This document shows, in pieces, positions 1-11,270 of a DNA stretch of 64,000 nt. The notes below the pieces were generated by a model. It saw only the letters and a program-made list of their open reading frames with translations, was not told the origin of the DNA and made no database searches. A program made the position numbers and the translations under genes. Position 1 is the first letter of the stretch. Each line of letters starts with the position of its first letter. This DNA comes from Amphiscolops sp. MND2022 (lineage: Eukaryota): assembly GCA_964187785.1 (NCBI GenBank), contig OZ076409.1:77128001-77192000 (forward strand), written 5' to 3'.

Positions 1-1
1 T

Positions 2-300
2 GCACTTCGAAACTTTTCAGAGGGCGGTTCGATTGCCGAAAGCAGAGGGATTGTTACACGATGTGTAGAGGATGTGCAACTTGCTGTGATCAATTGTTTC
101 TTTGGTCGGTTGGACCAACTTTCTCGTTGCTGAACAGTTTGTGCAAAGAAAATTTGAAACTTTTTTTCATTCTTCAAAACGTTCTAACCCACTGCAATTA
201 AAATGAATCCATCCGCAGAAGTGACACCAGATTGAAGTATGTTGCCGGGAGCCTCGGCCCAAATTTTTGGCATAGGTTCCACAAAAGTATTTTGAATTCG
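2..300 (-). pseudogene. PHD-finger-like segment in frame with a Polinton-type integrase N-terminus
   Basis: Manual translation in one frame: KYFCGTYAKNLGRGSRQHTSIWCHFCGWIHFNCSGLERFEE*KKVSNFLCTNCSATRKLVQPTKETIDHSKLHILYTSCNNPSAFGNRTAL*KVSKC. C4HC3-like spacing (second Cys appears as Tyr), then an LxxLY..NPSAFG helix of the kind that begins Polinton integrases. The DDE core would lie outside the window. Confidence 0.6.
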
Positions 301-609
301 GCTTCTTAACGACGGTTTTACCCATTTTGTACCACAAGGCACCAACTGTGGAAGAGTCGAGTCATTGTATAAAAAGAATCCGTGTCAGTAGAGGCACAAC
401 CATTTGGCAGTTGATGAACTTCGAATCTTATGATCCAATTCATCGTCCTGATTTTGTGCCATCTCTGATGCAACACGTTTTGCATTCGTATTTGCGAGAA
501 GAAACTATGGTATTCGGATTCTTCCGATCAGTTCTGAAGCAATCTCATTCAGGTTCTTCGTTGTAACCTGCAGGTCATTCGAAATTTTAAAGACTGGGAT
601 GTTCACGTC

Positions 610-1056
610 TCAGTCATGCAAAAGTAGTCGACCAGAGATTGAATCAATCGATACATCATTACTCTGATCAATTTTCTGCAAAACATGTCTCGAACGCTCA
701 ACTTTGCCACCGGAATGTCCTGAAGACAACAAATCAAGGACAAGCTTGTCTGTTTTCGAAACGGATTTAGCTTTATCTGTTAAGTCCTCCTCAGAGGGTG
801 TGCTTCTTTTGGACGGAGCATGCAATCTAGATTTCAAGTACATTTGTGCAAAAATTATGTCCGGATCTGTCTGTAGCTGCGGGAAAGTTGTCGTATTATC
901 TTCTGCGGTCATCTTTGGCGGTGAGAAAGTGTCACTGAGATTGGCCATATCGGATTTCACAATTTCTGACTTGTTAGTTTTCAGAGACAACAAGGACAGG
1001 TATTGGTCCAAGGTTATCAAACTGAATTCTTTTGTGGTGCTACTGCTCGATACCAT
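610..1056 (-). CDS. Hypothetical Polinton-associated protein (likely continues by frameshift toward ~300)
   Basis: 148-aa ORF overlapping the stop of the upstream 110-aa ORF, within the element gene block; no recognised domain. Confidence 0.45.
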   Translation of the reverse strand: MVSSSSTTKEFSLITLDQYLSLLSLKTNKSEIVKSDMANLSDTFSPPKMTAEDNTTTFPQLQTDPDIIFAQMYLKSRLHAPSKRSTPSEEDLTDKAKSVSKTDKLVLDLLSSGHSGGKVERSRHVLQKIDQSNDVSIDSISGRLLLHD

Positions 1057-1372
1057 GGCGTCTCATCAAATGATCAAGAACTGAAAATTCTATCAGATGC
1101 AAAAGTTTCAGTCCATTTTTAGATGCCAGCGACTGACGTTTTTTGAATATATTATTTCTCTTGGCGCATAGAAAATCTATAGTGCTAGTGAATTTTTCCA
1201 GTTTTTTGCGGGAAACATTTGATGCCATTTTGATTTGGCCATGAACAACTTTGAAGACACAATTGCAGAGAAATTTCATTATATCTGTAGAACAATGAAG
1301 CAAAAATGTTTGTTTTACCGGCGGTTTTATATCGGTGAACAAATCAAGCATATAATAGTTTCGTCGACTCAT
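1040..1372 (-). CDS. Small basic protein immediately downstream of the packaging ATPase (Polinton/adintovirus-type accessory or core-like protein)
   Basis: 110-aa Lys-rich ORF (...FLCNCVFKVVHGQIK...RKKLEKF...IFKKRQSL...). Position and sequence pattern match small ORFs that commonly follow the ATPase in these elements (from memory of the family, not searched). Confidence 0.55.
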   Translation of the reverse strand: MSRRNYYMLDLFTDIKPPVKQTFLLHCSTDIMKFLCNCVFKVVHGQIKMASNVSRKKLEKFTSTIDFLCAKRNNIFKKRQSLASKNGLKLLHLIEFSVLDHLMRRHGIEQ

Positions 1373-1375
1373 TTT

Positions 1376-2024
1376 CTATAGCTTCAGTTGTTTATTCGTG
1401 GAAACGTAAAATACGGAGGGTTTGTAGCCGGCAGAGTCTGAGGAATATTTCAGCTTGGGGTCCACCAGCGAATCCAAGTCAACCAACAAGTGACCAAAAA
1501 GCTTCACCGTAGCTCTTTTATAGGCATCCATTCAAAAATGTCGATCGCCCATCTGCCTACCTAACACACCAATTTGTTCAATGTCCCGGGGGCTCTTGAA
1601 GAGTATTATCTGAGTAACGTTCAAGTCGATTGTTTTTGAATTTTTTGCTGGTTGATAGAGGTTATGCTTCAGTGTCATCAAGTGAATATTGCGAAGGCGT
1701 CCACCACAACCATATTCAAAAACGTCTTGTCTTCACACGCATCATGATATAAATTGTCAATAACAACCAGTGTTCTCAATTCTTGTGCCTCACACTTATC
1801 AAGAGGTGAAATTCAATTGACGTTCGTTCATTAGATCCTTCAAACAACATTGTTTGGTAATGCTCTTGATAAAAACTGTAAAGTTACAATATTTTGTCGA
1901 AGGTTGGTTGAAAAATTTTCTGATGATTTCTCAACATTTGCGATACGAGTTGGTTTTTGCCACTGCCTCCAGGTCCAACAACAGATATGAAACGGTGAGG
2001 ATTCGTGTTGATTCATTTGTTCAT
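1376..2024 (-). pseudogene. A32/FtsK-like DNA packaging ATPase (Polinton/adintovirus type), disrupted
   Basis: Manual translation: Walker A RFISVVGPGGSGKN, Walker B LVVIDN, then GR.RNIHLMTLKHNLYQ..KNSKTIDLNVTQIILFKSPRDIEQIGVLGRQ and GHLLVDL, the hallmark motifs of this ATPase family. At least 3 in-frame stops and 2 frameshifts. Confidence 0.88.
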
Positions 2025-2536
2025 GCCTTCGGGCTCAGAATGATATATCCAAAACAAGCTGAGAGTAATGCTAAAACGCCCGAATTATAGTCTGTTAAGG
2101 AGCTGACCGCCAAGTAGCCGATGCTGAATAAAGCAACTGCAAAAAAGATTGAATAGTGTAATAAAATTATGAAAAGCGTTCAGCGACATGTTCTCTTTCT
2201 AAAACAGCCACAAGTTCACTTCGAATGGAGAGCTTTCTTGGTTATGATTGTCGAAGATTACGCTTCCAACTTGCAAAGCGTCAGAAACGTCCCCCTCGGT
2301 CGAGTTTTTTGTCATAGTTGTTGAACGAAGTTTGTATGGTAGGGGTTGATGTTGAAAACAAAATTGATAACTTGATAGAGTCGTTGCAATCGTTTATATT
2401 CAAATGAATACGATTCAAAATTTGTCGGTTTTGATTACTTGATATGGTTGACTGCTCTATTCACACTAGCAGCGTTTTTCGATTCAAACGAGCTAAAAAG
2501 TTGGTTGTATTAGAGATGGGAAGTGAAATTGAAGTT

Positions 2537-2851
2537 TCAACGTAGGAACGCGAAAGTCGTGAAAGTCGGATCAAAAGTTATCGTTTTAAAAAAATTTTCA
2601 TGTTCCGCAGTTTCATTTATTTTCATTTGTAGCCAATACGCTGAGCCTGAGAAGTGACCCAGTAACAAGTTGTTTGAGAAAACGGGCCTGTGAGAGACAG
2701 CATACACATATTCGTGTCCAATATTGAAATTGCTCTTCATGAAACCAAATGCATCATGGAAAATTGCATGAAGTCGAAATATTTTGAACTGCTTGAAGTA
2801 ATTATCCAAAACACTGTTTCCGGGACCAATCAGACCATCAAAGTCCGCCAT
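2537..2851 (-). CDS. Phospholipase A2-like protein (parvovirus VP1-type GPGN...HD motif)
   Basis: 104-aa ORF with FDGLIGPGNSVLD (Ca-binding-loop-like) and LHAIFHDAFG (catalytic HD-like), sitting in the Polinton gene block. Confidence 0.65.
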   Translation of the reverse strand: MADFDGLIGPGNSVLDNYFKQFKIFRLHAIFHDAFGFMKSNFNIGHEYVYAVSHRPVFSNNLLLGHFSGSAYWLQMKINETAEHENFFKTITFDPTFTTFAFLR

Positions 2852-3286
2852 AGAATTGATATCCCTTAAATTTGCGTCTTTATCAATACATAAGAATACA
2901 TAAGCAAACCGCCAAAAGTGCGTTTTTCCGTAGACTATTTCTCGCGAACAGGCAACTGACTCTGTTCAGAGCATTATGAAATTCTCTAGCAGAAAAAATG
3001 AATTGAATTGTAAAATTTATTTCATCCAATTCGAAGCAACTGTTTCTCAACGAAAGATATTAAGAAATGATTTAGTGCAATTGAGAATTTTCATCAAAGA
3101 ATGTGAACAAATCAGTGGTGTATGTTGTAGTAACTATTTCATTGTGGTTTTCATTCTCCAGGTTTTGAGCTTCAAAACATTCGTAGCATTGGCATTGAGC
3201 ATCCGGAAAACTCAAATCCACTGAAAGAACATTGTAGTGCGGAGAAGCTTAGATTTTTCCGAATCCTTTCAGAAGTAGCCCTGAAG

Positions 3287-4310
3287 TATCCAGTACACTG
3301 TCTTTGAATACGGTGTTAGACTTCTGCAGTTCAGCTAATTATTGGCTGAGAAACGAAAGCTGGTCAAAGTCGTCACTTTCATTGCACTGTGTGTAGCAGC
3401 TACATTGCTTCTCCCAAGTCAAGTCGAACTTGCATCCCAAATCCAAAGTTGGTTTCGACTTTGACAGTATTTTGTTCAATCTTTCCCCATGAATGAATAA
3501 ATTGTTTTCACTCAGCCGCGCTTCAGCTTGGAGACAATTCTCAAGTTAAGAAACTTTGAAAAATTTTACTTTCCTATTCTCTAGTTTGGTTCCACTCTCT
3601 TTTCTAAGGATTTGACTCGCCAGTGTTTCCTTGGTGAATTTCTCCGCGCCCACAAATGATTTAATGTAGAAGAGAACAGGAAAATGCTCTCCCTCAATTG
3701 TCGAACAAATATTTTCTGTGTCAGTCTGTGGGTTGACGTCGTGGCATCTGATGCTGTACTCACAGTCAGTGTTGTTCAAGTGTTTTAGATAAATTTCCGA
3801 AGATTTTCTGGAAATTTTGTTTTATATTCATCAACATGTTCTGCGGCTCTTGATCATTACTTGCTGGATTTGTTTTTTCAGAAAGGAAAACAAAGTGAAG
3901 AAACTTAGAAGGTGTCTCGCGGAAGATACTTGACATGGTGAAGATGTAAACCGAAAAGTCTCCCAGCTACGCTGTAGCCTTGTCAGCCACTCACTCTTAT
4001 CTAGGGTATGTAACTTTTTTTCCTTGAAAATGGAGTTTTCCGTGTAGGACCAATATATTTTCCTAGCAGTGTTGATGCGTGTTTTGGATGTTGCTGGCCG
4101 TGAAATCTTTGATAAAAACCGAGATCTGTGCTAGGAACTATTTGCAACAGTCATTCCGGCAATATGTTGCGATAGAGAGTATTCACCGCAATATTTTTCC
4201 GTAAAAGTTAATTCTTCCAATATTTTACTGGGTATCGCCGCGGACGCCTAATGTGGTTAGTTCATCGCCATTTTTTGATACTTTATAAAAATGAGTTCAA
4301 AGTTAGTTTG
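3287..4310. repeat. Direct repeat copy 1 (~1.0 kb; period 1213 bp)
   Basis: Near-identical to 4501-5520; paired ORFs at 3546/4759 and 3581/4794 are offset by exactly 1213 bp; scattered substitutions distinguish the copies. Confidence 0.92.
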
Positions 4311-4500
4311 TTTGATAATCTCAACTCAACTTTACGTAAAATTGACAAAATGTGTACCAAATGTCAGCCACGTGTCAACGAGGAACTTGGTTAGCTGATT
4401 GTGTTCTCGGTTGTCATATGGTTGTCCACTTTCACTGATAGTTCTAGCTTCTAGCTTCAAACTTTCTACAGTAGCAAAAACTGCAAAGGAGTGAAAATCT

Positions 4501-5520
4501 ATCCAGTACACTGTCTTTGAATACGGTGTTAGACTTCTGCAGTTCAGCTAATTATTGGCTGAGAAACGAAAGCTGGTCAAAGTCGTCACTTTCATTAAAC
4601 TGAGTGTAGCAACTACATTGCTTCTCCCAAGTCAAGTCGAAGTTGCATCCCAAATCCAAAGTTGATTTCGACTTTGACAGTATTTTGTTCAATCTTTCCC
4701 CATGAATGAATAAATTGTTTTCACTCAGCCGCGCTTCAGCTTGGAAACAATTCTCAGGTTAAGAAATTTTGAACAATTTTACTTTCCTATTCTCTAGTTT
4801 GGTTCCACTCTCTTTTCTAAGGATTTGATTCGCCAGTGTTTCCTTGGTGAATTTCTCCGCGCCCACAAATGATTTAATGTAGAAGAGAACAGGAAAATGC
4901 TTTCCCTCAATTGTCGAAGAAATATTTTCTGTGTCAGTCTGTGGGTTGACGTCGTGGCATCTGATGCTGTACTCACAATCAGTGTTGTTCAAGTGTTTTT
5001 TGATGAATTTCCGAAGAGTTTCTGTAAATTTTGTTTTATATTCATCAACATGTTCTGCGGCTCTTGATCATTACTTGCTGGATTTGTTTTTTCAGAAAAG
5101 TAAACAAAGTGAAGAAAGTTAGAAGGTTTCTCGCGGAAGATACTTGACATGGTGAAGATGTAAACCGAAATGGCTCCCAGCTACGCCGTAGCTTTGTCAG
5201 CCACTCACTCTAATCTAGGGTATGTAACTTTTTTCCTTAAAAATGGAGTTTTTCGTGTAGGGCCAATATATTTTCCTAGCAGTGTTGATGCGTGTTTTGG
5301 ATGTTGCTAGCCGTGAAATCTTTGATAAAAACCGAGATCTGTGCTAGGAAATATTTGAAACAGTCATTCCGGCAATATGTTGCGATGGAGAGTATTCACC
5401 GCAATATTTTTCCGTAAAAGTTAATTCTTCCAATTTTATACTGGGTATCGCCGTGGACGCCTAATGTGGTTAGTTCATCGCCATTTTTTGATATTTTATA
5501 TAAATGAGTTCAAAGTTAGT
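4501..5520. repeat. Direct repeat copy 2, truncated by the assembly gap
   Basis: Starts ATCCAGTACACTGTCTTTGAATACGG like copy 1 and ends at the N run. Confidence 0.92.
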
Positions 5521-5720
5521 NNNNNNNNNNNNNNNNNNNNNNNNNNNNNNNNNNNNNNNNNNNNNNNNNNNNNNNNNNNNNNNNNNNNNNNNNNNNNNNN
5601 NNNNNNNNNNNNNNNNNNNNNNNNNNNNNNNNNNNNNNNNNNNNNNNNNNNNNNNNNNNNNNNNNNNNNNNNNNNNNNNNNNNNNNNNNNNNNNNNNNNN
5701 NNNNNNNNNNNNNNNNNNNN
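5521..5720. other. Assembly gap (200 N)
   Basis: Run of N; round length suggests a scaffolding placeholder. Confidence 0.99.
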
Positions 5721-5984
5721 TGGTGTCGACAGGTGAAAATTCCGGAATGAGATCGACTGAATCGTGTCGAATTCTTGAATATAAAATCTTTCAATCAAAA
5801 ACATGCGGGGATGCGCAATGCTGTTTCGATTGGAGAAATGGGATAACAAACATTGACACGACATGTTCTACCAAATTTGATCTCAGTTCGTTCGACCTGT
5901 GTAATTCGACCAAAGTAGTTGACCTGATTCCTAGCGCCGTTGATTGTGTGGCATACTCTACCGAGGATGTGGATACTTTAACAA

Positions 5985-6470
5985 ATAGACCCCTCCGGGG
6001 CTCAGTACTATTCCTGCTTTAATCTTTCATTAATAATAGAATCATATCTGGAATACCAATACACTCTTGTTTAATCATTATTTAGCGCACAATTAATCAC
6101 GGTACAAGTTTTCACCGCCTTTAATTCTTCACGGACTAAAGGAAATATGTATAACTACTAAGCGCAGAGAAAGTTTCGCATTCGCATTTGAATGCAGGCG
6201 AAGCTGTCAACGAACGAATGATTAACACTCATTCGCTTCATCTCAATGACGTCAGCATACAAATGCAAAATTACCACTCGCTGGTTCCATCGCACGAGAA
6301 ATGAATTGTCGTCAGCAGCTTGAGAGTTTCAATTCTTACGCTTATAGTCACTACCGAACAAAATATCTGATTTATTCAATATCGTGCCAAAAATTGTACT
6401 GAAAAAAAGTAGACATTTTGAGATTTCAATAACATTTCTGCTAAGATAGGATAAGATAAGATTCCTGCTA
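5985..6470 (-). mobile_element. HINE/DINE-1-like non-autonomous Helentron element, family B, copy 1
   Basis: Reverse complement aligns with 30713-31230 and 52362-52940; 3' GCAGGAATA sub-TIR followed by hairpin GCCCC-GGA-GGGGT; 5' end degenerate, with (GATAA)-type microrepeats. Confidence 0.65.
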
Positions 6471-7849
6471 AGATAAGAAATGTTGATAATGTAAGTACAT
6501 CTCCAGATTACTGCATCGAATGAATCCGCACCAAATAGATTGACCGAAGTATATCCATATGAATGTATTTATTTATAACTCAGTCGTTTCAATCTATAAT
6601 TTCATTAGGCACAAAGCATATTCCATGCCTCATATACTTTCAGTATCCTAGAGCTCTAATTCAGTGAGAAGAAAAGTTCATGCTTCAGTCATTATCTCTG
6701 TGCAAACCTTGAAAAATTTCGGGTTTCCGTCCAAGATAAGAGAAATGCATTTCCGTCATACGTGTCATTGTAGTGGGATTCTTTGTCGCCTAAAATTCAG
6801 CTGCTAGGGACCTTTTCTCTTCGTCAATAAGTTTGCATTTTAGTAATAAGTGGTGAGAATTTTGACACCAATTACCACATGGACAGCTGGGCAGTTGTAT
6901 TTTCCGCTCTCGTACAGGTGGAAGAACTCCTTCATCAGATTATTGGGATAGAATAGACTCAAAGACATTGTTTCATATTCTCGTGTTGTAATGGGTGGGA
7001 ACTTCAATTTCGATGTACTGACTTTGGGAGAACCAAGGAAGCCTTCTATCTGGAACTGGTTGTCAATTGAAGATTGCCATAGTATTTCCATGTATTTCTG
7101 TATTTGATCCTTCGTATATGAACAGGCTTTTACTGACAGTTCTGCAAGTTGATCAAGTTGACCTGTCTCAATGATACTCTGGTGATTTCCGTTGAAGCAG
7201 TCAGGATAATGCTCTCTTTTCTACTTTAGGAATTTCATGGCATCTTTATCTTTGTTCGACAGAGAGCTGTGTCTGTATTCAGCAAGATGTTTTGCGACCA
7301 AAATTTTCAGGGGGTCGTCTTCCTGGGAGAACAGATTCAGTTTCAGGAGATGTGTTGTGAAATTTACTTTATTGGCTACTGATATCAGAGGGATTCCAAC
7401 AATGGCTTCAACTAGAGGTTGTTTTATTTGAGATACTGCTCCTATGGCCGATTTTAGCTGTTTGTACCACACATTTTTTACCTCCTGGATGCTTCAATTG
7501 TCTATTCAAATAATACCAACACAATGAATGCATGTTGCAATCAAACCTTCCATAAGTCGTATAATAACGTGTTGACGAAATCCCCAGTTCCTGTATTTAT
7601 GTATGAGGAATTCCAGGTATGTTCCAAGTAATTTTACATATAAATACCCAGCGAAATTGTATCTTCCTGTTGATTTCCTTCCCATGTTCTATATAGTTAA
7701 GCTTCTGGTCCATCTTTAGTCCAAGGACCTTGGTCTTTTCCACGAATTTTAGTGTGTAATTTCCGAGCTTGACGGTTTCAGAGATCAAATCCGGATTTTC
7801 CTCTGCTGTGGCAAAACATATAAGTTCCGTTTTGGATGGGTTGCAACTT

Positions 7850-8640
7850 TTTATCATACGCCAAGTTTAGGGCGTAACAAACAACTCCACAAAAGTAGGG
7901 ACCGACAGACAGCATCTAAATTATCCAAACATTCAGCAGTAGTTACACCTGTTATCATCAAGGTACCATCATTAGCAAATTTGAAAAGCCTAATGACTTG
8001 ACCATCAACTACATCTTCAGCAAGATCCCTAATAAAAAAATTTAACAGAATGGGCGATAATGCCGAAGCTTGTGGGAGACCGTATTCTCTACATGCCCGA
8101 AAAATACCAATGTGGTCGTTAAAAATTAATCTGACTTTACGATTGAGGAGAAAATTTTTTATGAGTTTCCACACATTTGATTTAACACCAACATCAGCAA
8201 GCTTCTTCATTAAGCCCTGCTTCCACACCCTATCGAACGCTTTTTCAAAATCTTTGAAAAGGCAAATGTCTGTGTACTTCTTCAGTTCTTCACACAAAAA
8301 TCGTTGTCGAGGTGGTTGAGGTACCTAACCGTGTTTCGTTTCTTTGTGAAACCTTCTTGATGTACATAGTTAATTCCAGTGATTTTGAAGAAATTCTTTA
8401 GTCTTGAGGCGATAATTTTCTCAAACACTTTACCGATATACGAGGTTATTGATATAGATCTATATGATACTGGATTGGCGTAATCTGATTTCCCGACCTT
8501 TTTGAGGAAGATAACATCTGCAGTATCCCATACCCTCTCACCTGCGGATAGGCATGCGTTAAGGAGAATCCTCATTAATTCTACGGCTCTTACTCCTAGG
8601 TGTCTCAGCGTGATTGGGTGAAAGCCATGGTTATCGAAGC
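7850..8640 (-). pseudogene. LINE reverse transcriptase core (frameshifted)
   Basis: ORFs 8282-8575 and 7854-8297 carry RT domains 1-5; the catalytic YADD/FADD appears as FAND. Confidence 0.9.
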
Positions 8641-9379
8641 TTTTGTCTGACGTTTCATATGTCTTGACGAACTAAAGAATCTCTCCTGTTGTTATTTCAA
8701 AGCTCAAAATGTTGTTACTTTCTTCATACAAAAAATGCTGCTGTCCTGTGTCATGCTCCCCGTCTGCTTCTAAGATCGTGTTGCAAATTCTATTAACGTG
8801 ATCATAAAAGACATAATCAAAATCTGGGCTTTGTTCTTTGAGGTGCCTTCAAGCAAAGAAGCTATCAAATAGAATAACCTCCATCTCATTTGGATCTGTT
8901 GCAATGTTATCATCACTAGAGTGGAGCGGATCAACCTTGTTACCCAAAATACTTGCAAATAATTGATTAAACTTTTTCCAGATCTGCTTACATTACACAA
9001 CATTGAGGTTTCGTGTTTTGTTGAGGATGAATTTCTGACACTCTGATATTCTTATGGTATCAAACTTCTCCTTAGCTAAATCCATGATTGCTTTGTTAGA
9101 GATAGTGTTCCTCATCAGGTATGACTTCTTGGCAATCCTAAGTGCCTTTGATGCTTCTGCAAAATCCTTTGTCCAATGTGGCTTGATATATGTTGATAAT
9201 GTTTTACACTTTGAGAATTTCAGAGTAGCTTCATTGATAGTTCTGTCAATGATTTCCTTTGCTCCAGTGTTGAGCTATTGTAGAAGTCCAACTAAGCTTT
9301 TTCCAGAGATGATTCTATGAATTCAGACCAACCTTCCCAGTCCATGCGGTGTAGATCGATCCTCAACTTAGGAGGTGGG

Positions 9380-10120
9380 TTTTGAGTACCGGAGCAGTTT
9401 ATCCTCGTGGTTGTGCTTATTGGTACATGCCCGCGGTTTGGAGCTCCGGAAAAAAGTTAGACAACAGGATCTGTCAAGAGATTACTAAACATTGGTCCTA
9501 TATCATCAGAGCATCTTAAAAAGTCAATGTTACTATTCTTATTTGAGGATAGAAATGTTGGGTCCTCAAAGCTGATAATCCAGTATTCTCGGAAATCCAG
9601 TTTGTCAGCTAATTCCTCGCCGTATTGGTTAGCAATCTGATTACCCCACAGACGATTGCGAGCATTGTAGTCACCAAATACTATGAATACCTTTGCTTTG
9701 AGTTAGCTAGCTTGTTTCTTAGCTGTTATTAGAATTTTGATGAGTTCATTAACTGCTTCTTTGTGGTTAAGTTTAAGATAGACCCTTTTCGACAGACGAG
9801 ACCCCAGGCAGTGTCCATGTTCCTTGAAACTTTTGATACTTGTGGTAATTGGTTGATACTAAACTTTTGAGAGTTGACATAAAATGAGGCACCTTGGTTG
9901 AGGGAGGTGTTTGTGTCTGTGATATACCCATGGATTTGACATTAAGTTTCGTCTTGTCCATGGTTAGAGATTTTTGTATTGCAAATGAATCAAAAATTTT
10001 ATCATGGAAGTACTTGTCTCAGTGTAAATCTGCTTCGCTCAGACATATCGCCTAGGTTCATTGAACAATAGTTGATCGCCACTTCTGCTGAACTTTTTCC
10101 ACTATCCTTCTTAGTTTTGT
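9380..10120 (-). pseudogene. LINE apurinic-like endonuclease domain
   Basis: GDYNA, IDF and HVPI motifs read manually on the minus strand around 9400-9700. Confidence 0.8.
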
Positions 10121-10129
10121 TAATAGGCA

Positions 10130-11270
10130 TACTTATATCTTTGATTTCTCCTAGTTTTTGCATCATTACCTTGCAGGATTTGTCTCCTGTCAGATGGTTT
10201 TATATACAATGAGCACTGTTCGGGGTGTTGCTGTCACATTTTTTCCTTTCGCGGTTCTCCTTGCTACATTTTCAACATTTTGGTTTTTTACTTCTGCGTC
10301 TTCTTGCAAAATGACCAAAACCTTGACATCGATTGCATTTAAAACCTCTCGGTGATGGTTTAAATTCCTCCTTGATGTATCTTTGTTGGAAGATATTTAT
10401 CCTATCATTGATGGCGTCAACGGGTGGCTGTAAATAGGTCGAATTTTTCTGGTCGAAAGGACAGAGGTCGAACGTTTTGATCGAATTGCAGGGATCGAAT
10501 GGAATGCGGTCGAATATAATCGTATTTGTTGTATGGCTCGGTCGCTTCGCTCCCTTCGTCAAGTAGCAACATTGAGGCATGGCCATATGGCACGTCGCTC
10601 CGCTTCGCTTCGCTCCTGCATTCAGGGCACTAGGGGTATGTGAACATATCTGACTACGTTATAAAAATTTCGATACGAGTTGTTTCGATCCCATTCAAAA
10701 AATTTGGTATGTCGACCTGAGGACTAACTCTGATTTTCGATCCCGTTCCTTCGACCTACTTCCGCCCACCCGGCGTCAACTAGGTCTTTTCTCTCCTTGA
10801 ATGTCACTTTTAGTGTTTCAGTGAATTAATTATTCTTCTTGAACAACTCAACATTCGAGACATTGTAGCGACTCTTTATGTTGTCCACTAGTTCAGACTC
10901 TTCTACCTCTTCGTAGACATGTTTGATAATTCCACTTGTATGAAGAGTTTCTGGGAAGAGTTCCAGTTAGCTTTGAGGGACTCTGCCTCTTCCTCGGTAT
11001 CCAGTTCTATCTTGAAGGATCCTCCTGCTGTTATCCTGCAGTTTTGAATTATCTTTCTTGGGTGTTTCTTGTTGGACTGAGAGCGTATATGTTTACTGAT
11101 CGTGATGTTGATAGCAGCGGGCTTCCTTACAAGGATTGTTCGTTTATTCCTTTCTTCTGTTTCCTCGGTCTTCATCGTGTTCGTTTTGGATGTCTGCAAA
11201 TTCTGAACAATCTTTTTGGATATTTCAGAGACATTTGATGATTTGTGCCCCTTGGCAGCATGGCGCTATA
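10130..11270 (-). pseudogene. LINE ORF1 (gag-like, CCHC x3), interrupted by a MITE
   Basis: Removing the insertion and one TSD copy restores ...KDLVDAINDRINIF... upstream of the zinc knuckles. Confidence 0.8.
10422..10771. mobile_element. 350-bp MITE with 9-bp TSD (Mutator-like)
   Basis: TSD GGCGTCAAC at 10413-10421 and 10772-10780; imperfect TIRs GGGTGGCTGTAAATAGGTCGAA / GGGTGGGCGGAAGTAGGTCGAA. Confidence 0.85.

Larger units (their letters stand above)
1..3280 (-). mobile_element. Degenerate Polinton/Maverick (adintovirus-like) endogenous element, partial; runs off the window start
   Basis: Co-oriented minus-strand block: PLA2-like ORF, A32/FtsK-like packaging ATPase, small basic ORF, hypothetical ORF, PHD finger plus integrase N-terminus. 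Genes are tightly packed (ATPase stop TAG 1376-1378 is followed after 3 nt by the next ATG at 1372). Multiple stops/frameshifts. Right boundary not defined. Confidence 0.8.

Noticed and set aside
5464-6022. ORFs spanning the N run
   Set aside because: Artefacts of translating the assembly gap.
6650-7200. RNase H domain at the LINE C-terminus
   Set aside because: No RNase H catalytic motifs seen; only a broken Cys/His knuckle is present.
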